Source: Octopus bimaculoides
Lineage: Eukaryota
Length of the DNA: 64,000 nt
Assembly: GCF_001194135.2 (NCBI RefSeq)
Contig: NC_068992.1
Coordinates: forward strand, 6,575,517-6,639,516
Direction of reading: 5' to 3'
A model generated the notes under the pieces. It did no database searches and had not been told where the DNA came from. It saw only the letters and a program-made list of their open reading frames with translations. Shown here in pieces: positions 51,881-64,000 of the stretch (its first letter is position 1; every line of letters starts with the position of its first letter). The position numbers and the translations under genes are program-made.

Positions 51881-53204
51881 TACTGTTACACCGTATCAAG
51901 AATACATCCAGTGATAACGTTGTCATTAACACATTTGTATATTTCTAATAATGTTCCTGTCCTCTGAAAAAATAGCAGTAACTTTAGATAATATAGTGCT
52001 TGATGTCTGATATCTGGAAAACAACATGGCATAGTCACGAATGGAATAACAATAAGAACAACAAATAATTACGAATACGTTTCAGAAATTATATATTAAA
52101 AGAACAGACAAGTGATTCTAAAATATAAAATAAAATGTAATCTGAAGCGTACACATACGAATGTTAGCATATATGCTAACTATGAGGGTTCAGTTACGAT
52201 CATGTACTTGAATGGTCTCTTTGAAAGTACGTTGTTTCAAATTTAATCGTAATGTGCAGTATATTCTATCATATCCTTGGTTGGCCCGAAGGATTGGGAA
52301 TCAAATTCGAGAAACTGTAATTGTCCATGTGTTGTAAACCTAATTCGTAGTTCGATTTAACACTACTACCTGGTTCTTGGACGCCTTTAGCGGAGTCCAA
52401 TCTTTTGCAACCATATGGACAAGATTTTCTCATATGATGATAAACCATATGAAGTTGTGGTTCCTTTTTTGCTTTACTCCACCCACCTCAGAAGCCCTGT
52501 AAAAGGTCATGGTTGACCTTCTGAGTCAGTAATTAAATCTTTATAATTACACAAATGCAATACGTTCTACGAGGATAAGACATCTCTAAAAAGCCACTCT
52601 TCGATAGCAGCAAATGCCATTTTGCAAACCAATGCATGTTTTCTTGGATTAACCGTCAACCGAAAGAAGTATAAATGTTTTTCTGTGATTTCTCTACAAT
52701 ATGAAATACTTATGTCTCTTCTTATTGGAGAAAAGGAAATAAAAACACATTTGGCGTAAATTTCTTTGTCTCTGTTATAATATCATTTAGATAATGTGGC
52801 ACTTAATATGTCACTTAATTGGAACTGATTTTCATTCCTATGTTCTTTGAGAGCGTAGGTTTAAGAAGATCGCTTGGCACTGCTACTTTAAAACCTTAAG
52901 CTGACGATTTAGATTCATTGATAATGATATTGATTTTTCTCTCCAGTTGAGTACCTAAGTACCGAGGTAGTTCATTAAAGTAAATAGCACTTTTCATTGT
53001 AATAGCAGAGTAGCCTAGGATATAATAGCTTTCTTGAAAGAACGTTTTAAGGAATTTGGCAACACATTTGTCTTTCAAAGTTATACATCTTGATATCAAA
53101 TACCTTTCATTTCGTGAGTAGATGTAGTTGACTTCCTCATTAGTCCCTTATGATTAGTTTACGATAATGACGTTTCCAAGTCCATTAACATTTCTAGATT
53201 TTAC

Positions 53205-53340
53205 CAGTCTAGTTGTTCTTTACATCAAGATGAATCCTGACCGAGCAGACCTATAATCAAAGATTCAAACCGTAAAAATGCCGCATATTTTCCTCTCTAT
53301 AATAGCGTGCCCTAAATATATATGTCATCTAATGTGTCCT
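53205..53340 (-). mobile_element. SINE-like family B, 3' part
   Basis: CCTGACCGAGCAGACCTATAATCAAAG. Confidence 0.55.
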
Positions 53341-53521
53341 TCACTGAACTTTCCCCTCTCCTCTTTCCTCTTTCTGACGAAGAACTTTACTTGAAACATC
53401 ACAGTCCTTCTTTTACTCATCTGAAACTTCTGAGCGTGAATCTAATGTATTCCTGTGTACTTCTTTTGACTTTTGTTGTTTTTCCTGCTTTTCCAGTTTT
53501 TGCATTTACTTTTGATTTGCT

Positions 53522-53582
<61 letters not shown>

Positions 53583-54714
53583 NNNNNNNNNNNNNNNNNN
53601 NNNNNNNNNNNNNNNNNNNNNNNNNNNNNNNNNNNNNNNNNNNNNNNNNNNNNNNNNNNNNNNNNNNNNNNNNNNNNNNNNNNNNNNNNNNNNNNNNNNN
53701 NNNNNNNNNNNNNNNNNNNNNNNNNNNNNNNNNNNNNNNNNNNNNNNNNNNNNNNNTATATATAGCACTACATGCTCTTTATTTCATCGATCACTCAAAT
53801 CTTGAAGAAATTATCCGTAAAAAGTAGAAAGTACATTACAGAGGAAAGATATATTTCCTTTTTTGTTTCAACGTGACAGGGCAAACGACGAAACAAAAGA
53901 AGACGGAACGGGTTAATGAATTTGTAAACAGAGACGTTGATTGAAAATAAACAGCTTTAGCGAGAAGGCTGATCAATCATATCGATATAGCGTTCAATAT
54001 AGACAACAGAAAGAACATTATCTCATTAGTACATGCATTTCTTTTCTTTAATTTCTTTTTTCATTAAATCCACACCGTCCTCGCCTTTTTATTTTATTTT
54101 ATTTTGTGGTTGCTGAGTTCATACATTATAGACTTCTTGAATTTCACAATTGATGTTTGCATATTCTAGTGGAAAAACAACAACCTTAGTTCCGATACTC
54201 CATGATGTGAATATATTAAGATATCCTCTACGCTTGCTTAGATTCATCGATTAGCGGGTGTTCATCAAAACACATTTGCTTTAGTTTAGTAAAGTACGTA
54301 TAATATTGAAGTTTGTAATACAAGAATATATTGACAATATTGATAATGAGAGCCAGCGAGAGGGAGAAAAAGGGAGTGGGGAGAAATCCCTATTAAATGA
54401 TTAAGACACCCAAACTGCTAATAATGACATACAGACACATACGTATACACACTTTTAGTTTTATGTTTTTTGCTGTTATTTTGTTTCTTTTTTTTTTTAT
54501 TTACTGGTTGTAGGTATTCGATTGTCGCCACGCTGAGTCATTGTTCTCTGAGCTCATAAGTCGGCAACCTCAATAATTTGAATGGTACATGTTTTATCGA
54601 CTTCGTGAGATTCAGTGGCCTATAACCGGATCTTAAAGATCATAAACAAATGTAGCAACATTTTGTTCAATGAACCAATCTATAATCGTGTTTGTTTTAT
54701 ATACATACATTCAT

Positions 54715-54777
<63 letters not shown>

Positions 54778-54796
54778 ATAGATGTGTGTGTGTGAG

Positions 54797-54865
<69 letters not shown>

Positions 54866-55403
54866 GTGTATATCTGTGTCTGTGTGTGTACATAAATATC
54901 GAACGACGAAAATGAGTGCTCAGCATCGCATTGGTGGATATAATTTCTTTATTTGTGAATTAAGGTTACCGTTGGTTTCATATTAGGAAAAGTAGGAAAA
55001 TATCCTAATGTCTTAATTTTTCAAGCCGATCATAGAGAACTGGTACTGACGTACCAGTTAAAGGGATGTTTAACACACCCCTTTGAAGGATTTCTTTTCC
55101 TCAGTTTGTTACTTTATATATATATGTGTGTGTGTCTGTGTGTGTGTGTGTGTGTGAGTGTGTGTGTGTATGCATGTATGTGTGTATGCATGTATATGTG
55201 TATGTATGCATGTATGCATGTATGCGTGTAATTATGTATGTATGTATGTATGTATGTATTTACAGGATTCAACCAATACATTTCACACAGTTTCCACCCA
55301 CTAATTTTAACTTTCAAGGATTTAGTATTGCTCAACGTGGAGAGCAGTGAAAATGAACATGGAACCGAATAATTTGGGAAATGTACTTTTCATAATTGTA
55401 TAC

Positions 55404-55460
<57 letters not shown>

Positions 55461-55604
55461 TAGTGTTAGTGTAATTTGTCTTAAAAAATTAAGGCATAAA
55501 TATTTGCTAATTAAAGTATTGAATAAAATATTATTTTTAAAAATAAGATATTTTATACCAACAACATACTATTATGCAGTGAGACAACGTGCTCGTTGTA
55601 TATG

Positions 55605-55785
55605 GTCACACTAGCTGCTAGGAATAATGGCTTAATATCTACCAAATGACAACACACTGTACTGAAACGACAAGCTAGATAAAGTATATAGGAATATACA
55701 CCTAGAAATATGTGAGGTTACGACTGGCATGACTTTGACTTAGGTCTGCTTGGACCTTGTGTTAAATAACTTTTGATCTTCTGCA
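55605..55785 (+). mobile_element. SINE-like family B, diverged
   Basis: CTGCTAGGAATAATGGC...ATATCT...ACACACTGTACTG...TGACTTAGGTCTGCTTGGACC. Confidence 0.5.
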
Positions 55786-56897
55786 ATATAAGGAACTGTG
55801 TGATACATGGGAATTAAAACATTTTAAACTGAATAATTCCAAGTTTAGAAAATATTTTAGACGACATGTATGCAAGGTAAATAAATCTAGATGACGGTTT
55901 CACCATAGTTTTATTTGAAATGTCAATTATTCTGTTATACGAGCGATATGATATCAACACACAAGTGTGCGCTTACTTACGCACATACACACGCGCCACA
56001 CATATACACACATACATGTGTGTGTGGGGTGGTGGTGTAATCTTGACATTTCTACCAATATAGCTTTATATCACTTTGTGATATATTTTACCGTTTTTTC
56101 TTTGCTCTTCTAAAAGTTTGAAATAATGTAAAGTATTTCCCTCGATATTGCACGATGACATAAATGTAAAGTATATTCACGTAGTTTGGGATTTTAGCAA
56201 AGATACATATCTTCTAAAACACTTCAGATATCATTCGTTCCGAAGAAAATAGTGTGTAGCAAGCAGATAAGGATATTTAATCTACATAGTCAATCGTTAT
56301 TTTAGGCGATATTTTCAGACGCGTTTATATATATATATATATATATACATATATATACATACATCACACACATACATAAATATGTATTTGGTTCTCCTTC
56401 CTCTAAAGCAGTCCCAACTTATTTTATTTACTTTGCATGTATAAACACGCAATGTAACATAACTGCTGTGTACATTTCGGTGACAAGAACGATCAATATA
56501 AATTAAGGATATATAGGTTCAAAACAAATATCAAAGTTGAAGTGGAATGTATTTATGATAATATTTCCGATGCTGTCGTAAGATAAATCCAAACTTACAT
56601 GCAAAAGTTCATGTATAAATGGATATCCACACACGTATAAAAATGTACACAATAAATATATTATGAGGAGATATATTGAAGCATATTGGTACATAAGAAT
56701 ATATGTATATGCAATTGATGCAAAACTACTTATTCATACAGTATATTTTGGCAATTTTCTTTTGAATAAAGCACAAAATGTCATTGTTTTTGTAGTTGTT
56801 GCTGTTCAGACGCAGGTCAGTTTTGATCTAACATATTTATGATCAAAGGGATAGCAACCATGACATCCTATCCACTTCCAAAGTTACTGTTGATATA

Positions 56898-56946
<49 letters not shown>

Positions 56947-59900
56947 ATACACATGTATATATGTGTGTGTGTGTATGTGTATGGATTTATGTATGTACAC
57001 AAGGTTACCTTTTTTTTAATATTTCCTTTTTTCTATGATGATGGGGTGTTATTTTTGGTAGATTTGGCTGATGGAGCAGATTTGTGATCAAAAGCGCTTG
57101 TACCGTAAACATCTAATCTTTATTAATGTATAAAATATCCATGATTGCATTTGCCTGTATACACTTATCCCATCTTTTGAGGGAGGTGTGGTTGTTATTT
57201 CGAGTTGGTAGCAAAGATACTAAATCTTCGTCGTTAAATGTTGAGCATTAATAAAATAAGCTGATTGATCAGCAGGATAGTGGAACAGCAATTGATCTTC
57301 CGAGTACTGTGACATTCGAAATGTATAGGCGACGAATTTGCAATCATTGAAACACTTGATTAGAAAGCTTTGCGGTACATGTTACGTCTTTCTACGCTCT
57401 GAGTTCAAATGCAACCGAGGTCAACTTTTTCTTTTATCCTTTTGGGCATTCATAAATAAAGGTTTATAGAGTTGCGAGATCGCTTACATTGTTTGAGCAT
57501 CACATAAGATGCGTTGTGAGATATTTTTTTTCGGATTTGTATGTTCTGATTTCAAATACCGCTGTCTGTTACCTGAATAGGGAAGAACGGTACATTTCCG
57601 CTTGGAGCTGCAGCCGACAGTAATAAAAAAAAAAGCAAACTCAATCGAAACATGGCCCCCTTGATTCGATCGGAAGATCAGCTGCTAGCACCGTCACCAA
57701 ATATATATATATATATAAAACAGATGCTATTGTTTGTCTTTTCGGCGCTGTCAAAATGACTATTATTGTTATCTGGGATCAATAATTATCTGAATCAATA
57801 ATTATTCTGTTTGCATGAAGTTTCGAACTAAATACGTAATACAACTAAAATACTTTAATACTCGCCGTATCTACGTTTATTTCCTATGCAAGCAAGTAGA
57901 AGCCAACATATTTTGGGTGAAAAGTGTAGTGGATTATAGCTAAGTTAGTTCTAGAATGATACTTATTTAATCATCCTAGGAATGAAGAAAAAAATAGTCG
58001 ATCTTGTTTGGATATGGAATTTACACAAAGACCAGTGGCTAAGCTTCCAAAAGCATTTTCTCGATTCACCACCGCTTCTGGCAATTCAAATTCTTTTGTA
58101 TTAAATTCATATTACATGATGGAGACCCCTTGATTTTATAGAACAGGTAAAACGCTGGAAGAAAAGCCTTGCAATCTGGAGTTGATGCATTTGTTTTGTT
58201 TTACTCTACTGGATGTACTTTTACTTTCTAAATGCACCTGTTGTAAATTGAGCATGCATTCACCGAATTGATTTTAACATTATTCAGAAGTGAGAAAACA
58301 CTTCAGAGATTTTTATTAAACCGATTGACTCCCAACCATGTACTCACACGGTACAGTCGTCAGATAACCTCCCCTTTTCAGTATCTCTTCTACCATTATT
58401 AAAAAACCTCGGCTCCTCTGATCTAGAAATTTTCGTAACTCATTCTGCAAACCCACCCTTACTGTTCACACCAAAGGAGCCAATGTTTTGTCCCTTAATC
58501 TGCAAGAAATAGTAGCCTTAACCACCTTTGAACTATAAGCCAAATTTTTAAAGAACGCAATAGATAAATAAAAAGAGAAAAGAAGACACTGGTTATGTCT
58601 TTGTTCAAGATCAATATTAGCAGTCAAATATTGACACTACTAATTGTAATTGTGTGTAGCAAAATATCGAGATCAATTTCTTAGTTGCAGTGAATTCAGT
58701 AGATGAATCTTGACGATATCAAGTTTAAAATAATTTAAGTAAATGTTAAAAGTTTTGTGAAAGTCGAATAACATTCTTAAACACTAATTGCTTGGCAGCG
58801 AAATTGTGCTGCAGTAGTTATTTATTTGTCTGAAACTTTAATTTATACCCAATCGCAATAATTATTGATCAATGATACCGAAATTATTTACACTGCATTT
58901 TGTTTCAGCTTTTCAAGCGTTGAAGAAGTAATGGTTTAATAATTTACTTTGCGCATTCAATTGCAATAAAATCCTACGTAGAACTAAAACAATTATAGGT
59001 AAATAAACACCATTCTAATTCCCAGCTTATCTGTTAGAACGATTTTTTCTCCGCGATCGCAGCCAAAAGAAAACAAAATATTTTCTTTTTTCAAATGGTT
59101 CATTATCTAAATTGATTTCTTATATGCGCAGGCAATTTAAGAGCGAAATTAAATGTTGTTACTGAAATACATACTACTGAATACGTTAAAGACATTTGTC
59201 TATGAAATGGGCGGAAAAAATGCCTCGGGAAATATATTAAGATTACTTGGGCGAGGAAAGCGAAATAACTAATTGATTAAGCAAATTAAATGATCTATTT
59301 CTCTAATAGAATTTATACTTGGCTACATTCTACTAGTTATCATTTGTATAACAATAATGATTTCTGTTATTACCAGGGGTACTGATAGGGCACTTTACAG
59401 AAACTAATTATTAAGCATAAAGGTTTTACATCGAGTATAATAAATACCAAATGCAAGCAAATAAAATAGTGATATGAGATATGCCTATGAGTTCCAAAAG
59501 CGGGGCGGCCGCATCAAGTCATTAAATAACCAAAAGTATTTCGGGTTTCCCTTATTATTGAGGCCGAGACCCGCCTCTAAAAAGCTCTCCTCGGCCCACA
59601 GCCGCATTATCAGATCTACACTTGCCGCTCTGACCCAACTTTCATAATTTTTTTTTTCCGGAGAGCGGTACCTCTATTCTTCATGACGCGTATACTACGA
59701 ATGCAAGAATAAAGAAAATATATGATGCTTGCAAACATACATTTTTTATTGTCTTCTTTTAGAGGAATCTATATTTATATTCTATTATAACATGTCTACT
59801 TAGAGTGATGAGTGACCACTTTAGATGAGTGTCAGACATCTTCCGAATATCTCATTGCTAATTTCGCAACATTGAATAATATAATTTACAACATCAAGTC

Positions 59901-60433
59901 ACATTTTCGAGTAATATAACATTTAAAATAGACATTGTTTAAAGTGAACTAGCACGAAGACATTTCCAAACATATAAAAGATATCATATGTTAAAATAAT
60001 TGACCTTTTCTATTTCGGTTGTTTACCAAATTCTTCATGATTTACAGTTAGATTAAGAAATGAAATTATCCTTATATCTCAAGACATGGTGTTATAAATT
60101 CATATTTATTCGAAATGCTTTTATAAAATTGATTCTTAGTTTTCTTATCGTAATAAAAGAAATAACATGTTAATAAACGGAAGTTTCCAACGCTATCAAA
60201 AAACATGTTGGGAATTTTATATCCTCACGTTTTTTTTTTTTTTACATTTTTGCATTATCTGAAAAGAAGGTGTTAGTATATAAGCTACATTTTAAATTTG
60301 AAAAAATGTTGAAAACACTGCAGAAAAAAAAATGCAGAATAATTAATTTTCCGACACTGCTTTCACAGTTCTGCGTTTTGTAATCTTTAAATTAATGAAA
60401 AAGAAATGGCGTTTGTTTCCAATGAAATGCAAA

Positions 60434-60470
60434 TAACCCTAACCCTAACCCTAACCCTAACCCTAACCCT
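60434..60470 (-). repeat. Interstitial telomeric repeat (TTAGGG)6
   Basis: Six perfect TAACCC units on the plus strand. TTAGGG is the ancestral metazoan telomere motif. Confidence 0.95.
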
Positions 60471-63240
60471 GCGACATGAATGAAAAGGCCAATTATGCAC
60501 TTCTGTGATTTTGTGCTTTTATGGAGTTTATCTTTATTAAAATCAATACTCTTCAAATATTCCCAGCATTAAGAGGCCAAAATTACGGAACTACGCACAT
60601 GTGATTAAAATGTCGCAGAAAAGAATCGCAAGATGGATTCTTCTAACCGAGATAAATCGGCAGGGTACCTAAGGGTAGGCCAAGAACAAGAGGGTTGTAT
60701 AATATCCATAGTCTCAGTTGATCAGGCTTCGATATCCAGCCAGAAAGTCAAATGATGGTTGCTTCTGCGAGAACTATACGGAGGAGGTATCTGAGGACTC
60801 TACCCTTACGACCATCCCTGGAATAGTGGAGAAGGAGGGTGGATAAATGATATCAGGAAATAGTTTATTTTATTTTGATCCAAAAGGTCACTATTTATAT
60901 TCCATTTCATTCCTAATTATTACATTTCAAATACGGTTCATAGGTTTTGTAATACAGCCATTAAATTTTACCGTTTTATTGAACCTTACCATTTTTTAAA
61001 AAATTGTAACAAAACAGATGTGGTACTTTATTGCTTGCTAAATGTGTTTAAGTTGTTCATTATGGAATATAATGTTTTTTTATCAATTATATAGGCACAT
61101 GTTCGTTTTAATATACTGCGAGAGCTTGAATGTATTTATAAGTTTTTGTTGAGTTCCATACCAGTTTGATGATCAAATGCTTCATATAGTTCATTACACA
61201 ATATCAGTTTTCCCAACAGCATGATATTTTGAGCGGTATGTGTATATCAATCATTATCAAATATACCAATCTATTAATATGTTAATACTTAACGATTTTA
61301 CGAAGAATGCACGATCGTGATTATATGTAATGCTTTCCAGTTGAGCTTTATTCTATCATCTTATTTTGCTATTGTATAATAAAACAGAATGAACTGTTGT
61401 CAGACGGGCATTTGCTATGCGAGGCGGCCGTGAATTGGTTGGTTTTCAACTTATAATTAAACAGTGATTAACTAAAGTCCATTTGATTACGTTTGTTTCA
61501 GCTTCAAACTACTGAATTGTAAAATAATATCAGCACGTTTTAAATCCACATTAAATTGAAATGAAAGTAGACTGCTCCAGATAATACTGATTTTCAAACT
61601 GTTGGCGTATGTTATCTATAATGTATTTTTTCCGTTGTGGTCTCATATAGTAACATATCAAACTCATACGACACTTTACTTTGAAGACATTGAATATAAA
61701 ATTATTCCTTCAGTAATTATGTAGTATTCATGGACTTGTTTTTAAATATCGTGTTGTGAGACATGTCGCCGACTTATATTGTCAGAAAAGAGCGTATTTC
61801 ACAACACTAAACCGGTAACGGAAGCTTATACTAGATAACCTATCTGAAATTTATGTCTTCATTTCTTTTATAACGCTATTCAGCTGACGCACGTCCATTG
61901 ATATTACAGACGACAAGTAGTACAAAAGTATGCTGAGTTGGTTAGCATTGAATAAAATGCTCAATTGCTTTATACAAGCTATATGTGAGCAAGTATTATT
62001 ATATATTGCAACGAATTTTCTTATTGTTTAACTCCTTAGTGATTTCGCTGCAATAACAACGAGTACTTGAAATAAACAGTTGGAATTATTTCATATAAAG
62101 TACAAAAGAATCTTTATTCAAAATAAGAAACATTATGATGAAAGTCGTTTCTATGAAGTTCTTCACACGAAAACATATTTACTTTTTAATAGACTCTGAG
62201 AAAATAGCGAAATCTGTATGAGTGGTTTTATGAATAGAGCTGGAAAGAAATTTACACAAATAGTTGAGAATATTATTTTTCGTCAGTGAAAAGAATGACT
62301 GGAAACATTCACTTATTTTTATTACTTTTTATTAAAGAGGAAGGTATTAATGTTTTATTATATTTAGTTAGAAACCTCACAGGTCTGCGTTCAAATCCCA
62401 CAAGAGAAAAAGAACTGTTTTACATCATATTTAAGAAACGATATTACATATAAGTAGGGTACTGTTTGGACCGATAATATCGACTGTATTTCTTTTGTAC
62501 ACCAGTCTTGCGACTAAAGTGAAATCTTAATTGATCTCAGTTTGATGATTTAGTGGTAATGTATTGTTAATTTAAGTGATTACACAATATACATTACAGT
62601 TTTACATTACAGAAGGAATTATATTCAGCTGTGTAATACACTCTTTGGAAACCTCGAAACATCGAGATTGAAAACTATAAGAGTGATGAATGGCGCAGTT
62701 ATGATCCAGACATCGCCGACAAGTTACTCTAATTCCTTTGCAGAGTATCAACAGATCAAAGATAATCTATAATTTTCTCAAATTGTTGAGTCTTGCAGTG
62801 CCACCCCGAGTCACTTGCAAGTTTAATCAGATGATCATGTCCCTAGAAGCATGGATATTGACGAAAGTACAACCACGTGAATGTGTGTACATCGGTCGAT
62901 TAAATTTAGATCCATATCGAATCATTGCAACAATCACGTATATCGTATCGATTGAAGAGTTGATGCAGTCCAAGTGGTACCATTTCTTGCTATTAATTTG
63001 TTTTATTAAAGCAAGTTTATACCTGTTATGAACCTAAATCAATGAAAAATGTCCACTGGCCCTTTTGTAAAGCAGTTACAATATAATACAGTCTTTATAG
63101 CGATAGATTTTATGCTTATCAGCCGATTATACGTAGTGAATTATGAGTGACACGCGAACATTTTACCGAGATATTTGCGAGAAGATAGTGGTTGACTAGA
63201 TTTCAAAATGTAGAACTTTGGTAAGACTTCCACTTAAGAA

Positions 63241-63288
63241 GCCGAGAAACTACTGCCGAGAAACTACTGCCGAGAAACTACTGCCGAG
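63241..63288. repeat. Perfect 14-bp tandem repeat GCCGAGAAACTACT x3.4
   Basis: Directly visible, identical units. Confidence 0.95.
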
Positions 63289-63309
63289 TACCTATATATT
63301 GGTACAAGG

Positions 63310-63440
63310 GGCCATATACTTGGTCATCCGGTTTGCTAGATATAGCAACTAAATCTCCATCAAATTGCACTATATCAACTTAGCAAAGAAGAATAAGTCA
63401 AATAACGCAGTCACAATCTTCCTGTCTAGGATACAGACAA
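63310..63440 (+). mobile_element. SINE-like family B, head part
   Basis: TGGTCATCCGGTTTGCTAGATATAGCAACTAAATCTCCATCAAATTGCAC. Confidence 0.55.
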
Positions 63441-64000
63441 CACGATCTGAGTTGAAATACCCTTTAACTTTTTTCCTAAATCATATAAATCATATGAGTT
63501 CGTGTGATTTGATGTCATGAAGCTGGGGGTCATAGTATATTGGTATAAAGAAAGGCTTTATTAGTTTCATTTATAATTAAACAAATAGAACTTCTTTTCT
63601 TGCAACGATGTACTTTGACCCATAAGTCTCTATGATGAGCCTATTAATTGCTACGTAAAGATATTCGGTTGGAAGACATCAGAATAGGGGTGATATGACT
63701 GACTTCAACATTGTAAACATTCAGATATTTTGAAATATTAACATCAGGCTTCTGGACATTAAATTGATGTGATAATTAATTTCAGTTCAACATTTTTTAA
63801 GTTTAAAGAAATTTGTCACTATTTTCATAAAATGAGTAATTTATGGTTTTTACTTCCTCTCTGTTAAAACTGTTTCTACGTTTCTTACAATTGGTGTTAT
63901 CAATAAAATACTATACCAGAGAAAATCCTATTCAATTCTTTTCAATCATATATAAAAAGAGAATATTTAATGTGAACTTGGTACTCGAACTCTGTAAGCG

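Noticed and set aside
53372-53410. CUGACGA...GAAAC...GUC hammerhead-like spacing on the plus strand
   Set aside because: Neither stem I nor stem II can pair.
62738-63031. 97-aa ORF MQSINRSKII...
   Set aside because: Non-ATG start, no domain, and a length expected by chance.

Overview
AT-rich eukaryotic non-coding DNA, dense in microsatellites and interspersed repeats. The SINE families and simple-repeat spectrum look like a coleoid cephalopod, most likely Octopus; this is recognition from memory, not a database result. Many N gaps sit next to (TA)n or (GATA)n tracts, consistent with a short-read assembly. I could not identify any host protein-coding gene with confidence. Most ORFs in the supplied track are translations of microsatellites or gaps (IY, HT, CV, X runs). 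The only protein-coding remnant I recognise is the 3' end of a restriction-like-endonuclease non-LTR retrotransposon (28682-29192, minus), with its (TAA)/(TGATAA) tail. The rest is four recurring SINE-like families (my labels A-D), a pogo/Tigger-like MITE nested in a SINE, a Helitron-like non-autonomous element, several diverged local duplications and foldback hairpins, and a short interstitial (TTAGGG)6 array. The most notable signal is a pair of hammerhead ribozyme motifs on the minus strand near the window start. One is a complete type I hammerhead with an intact core (1599-1692), at the end of a probable Penelope-like element. The other is a minimal, core-mutated hammerhead (1380-1425). 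A three-unit degenerate tRNA-like tandem array (12301-12595) is also worth checking. All exon candidates are low confidence. Coordinates of diverged repeats are approximate, to within a few tens of bp.
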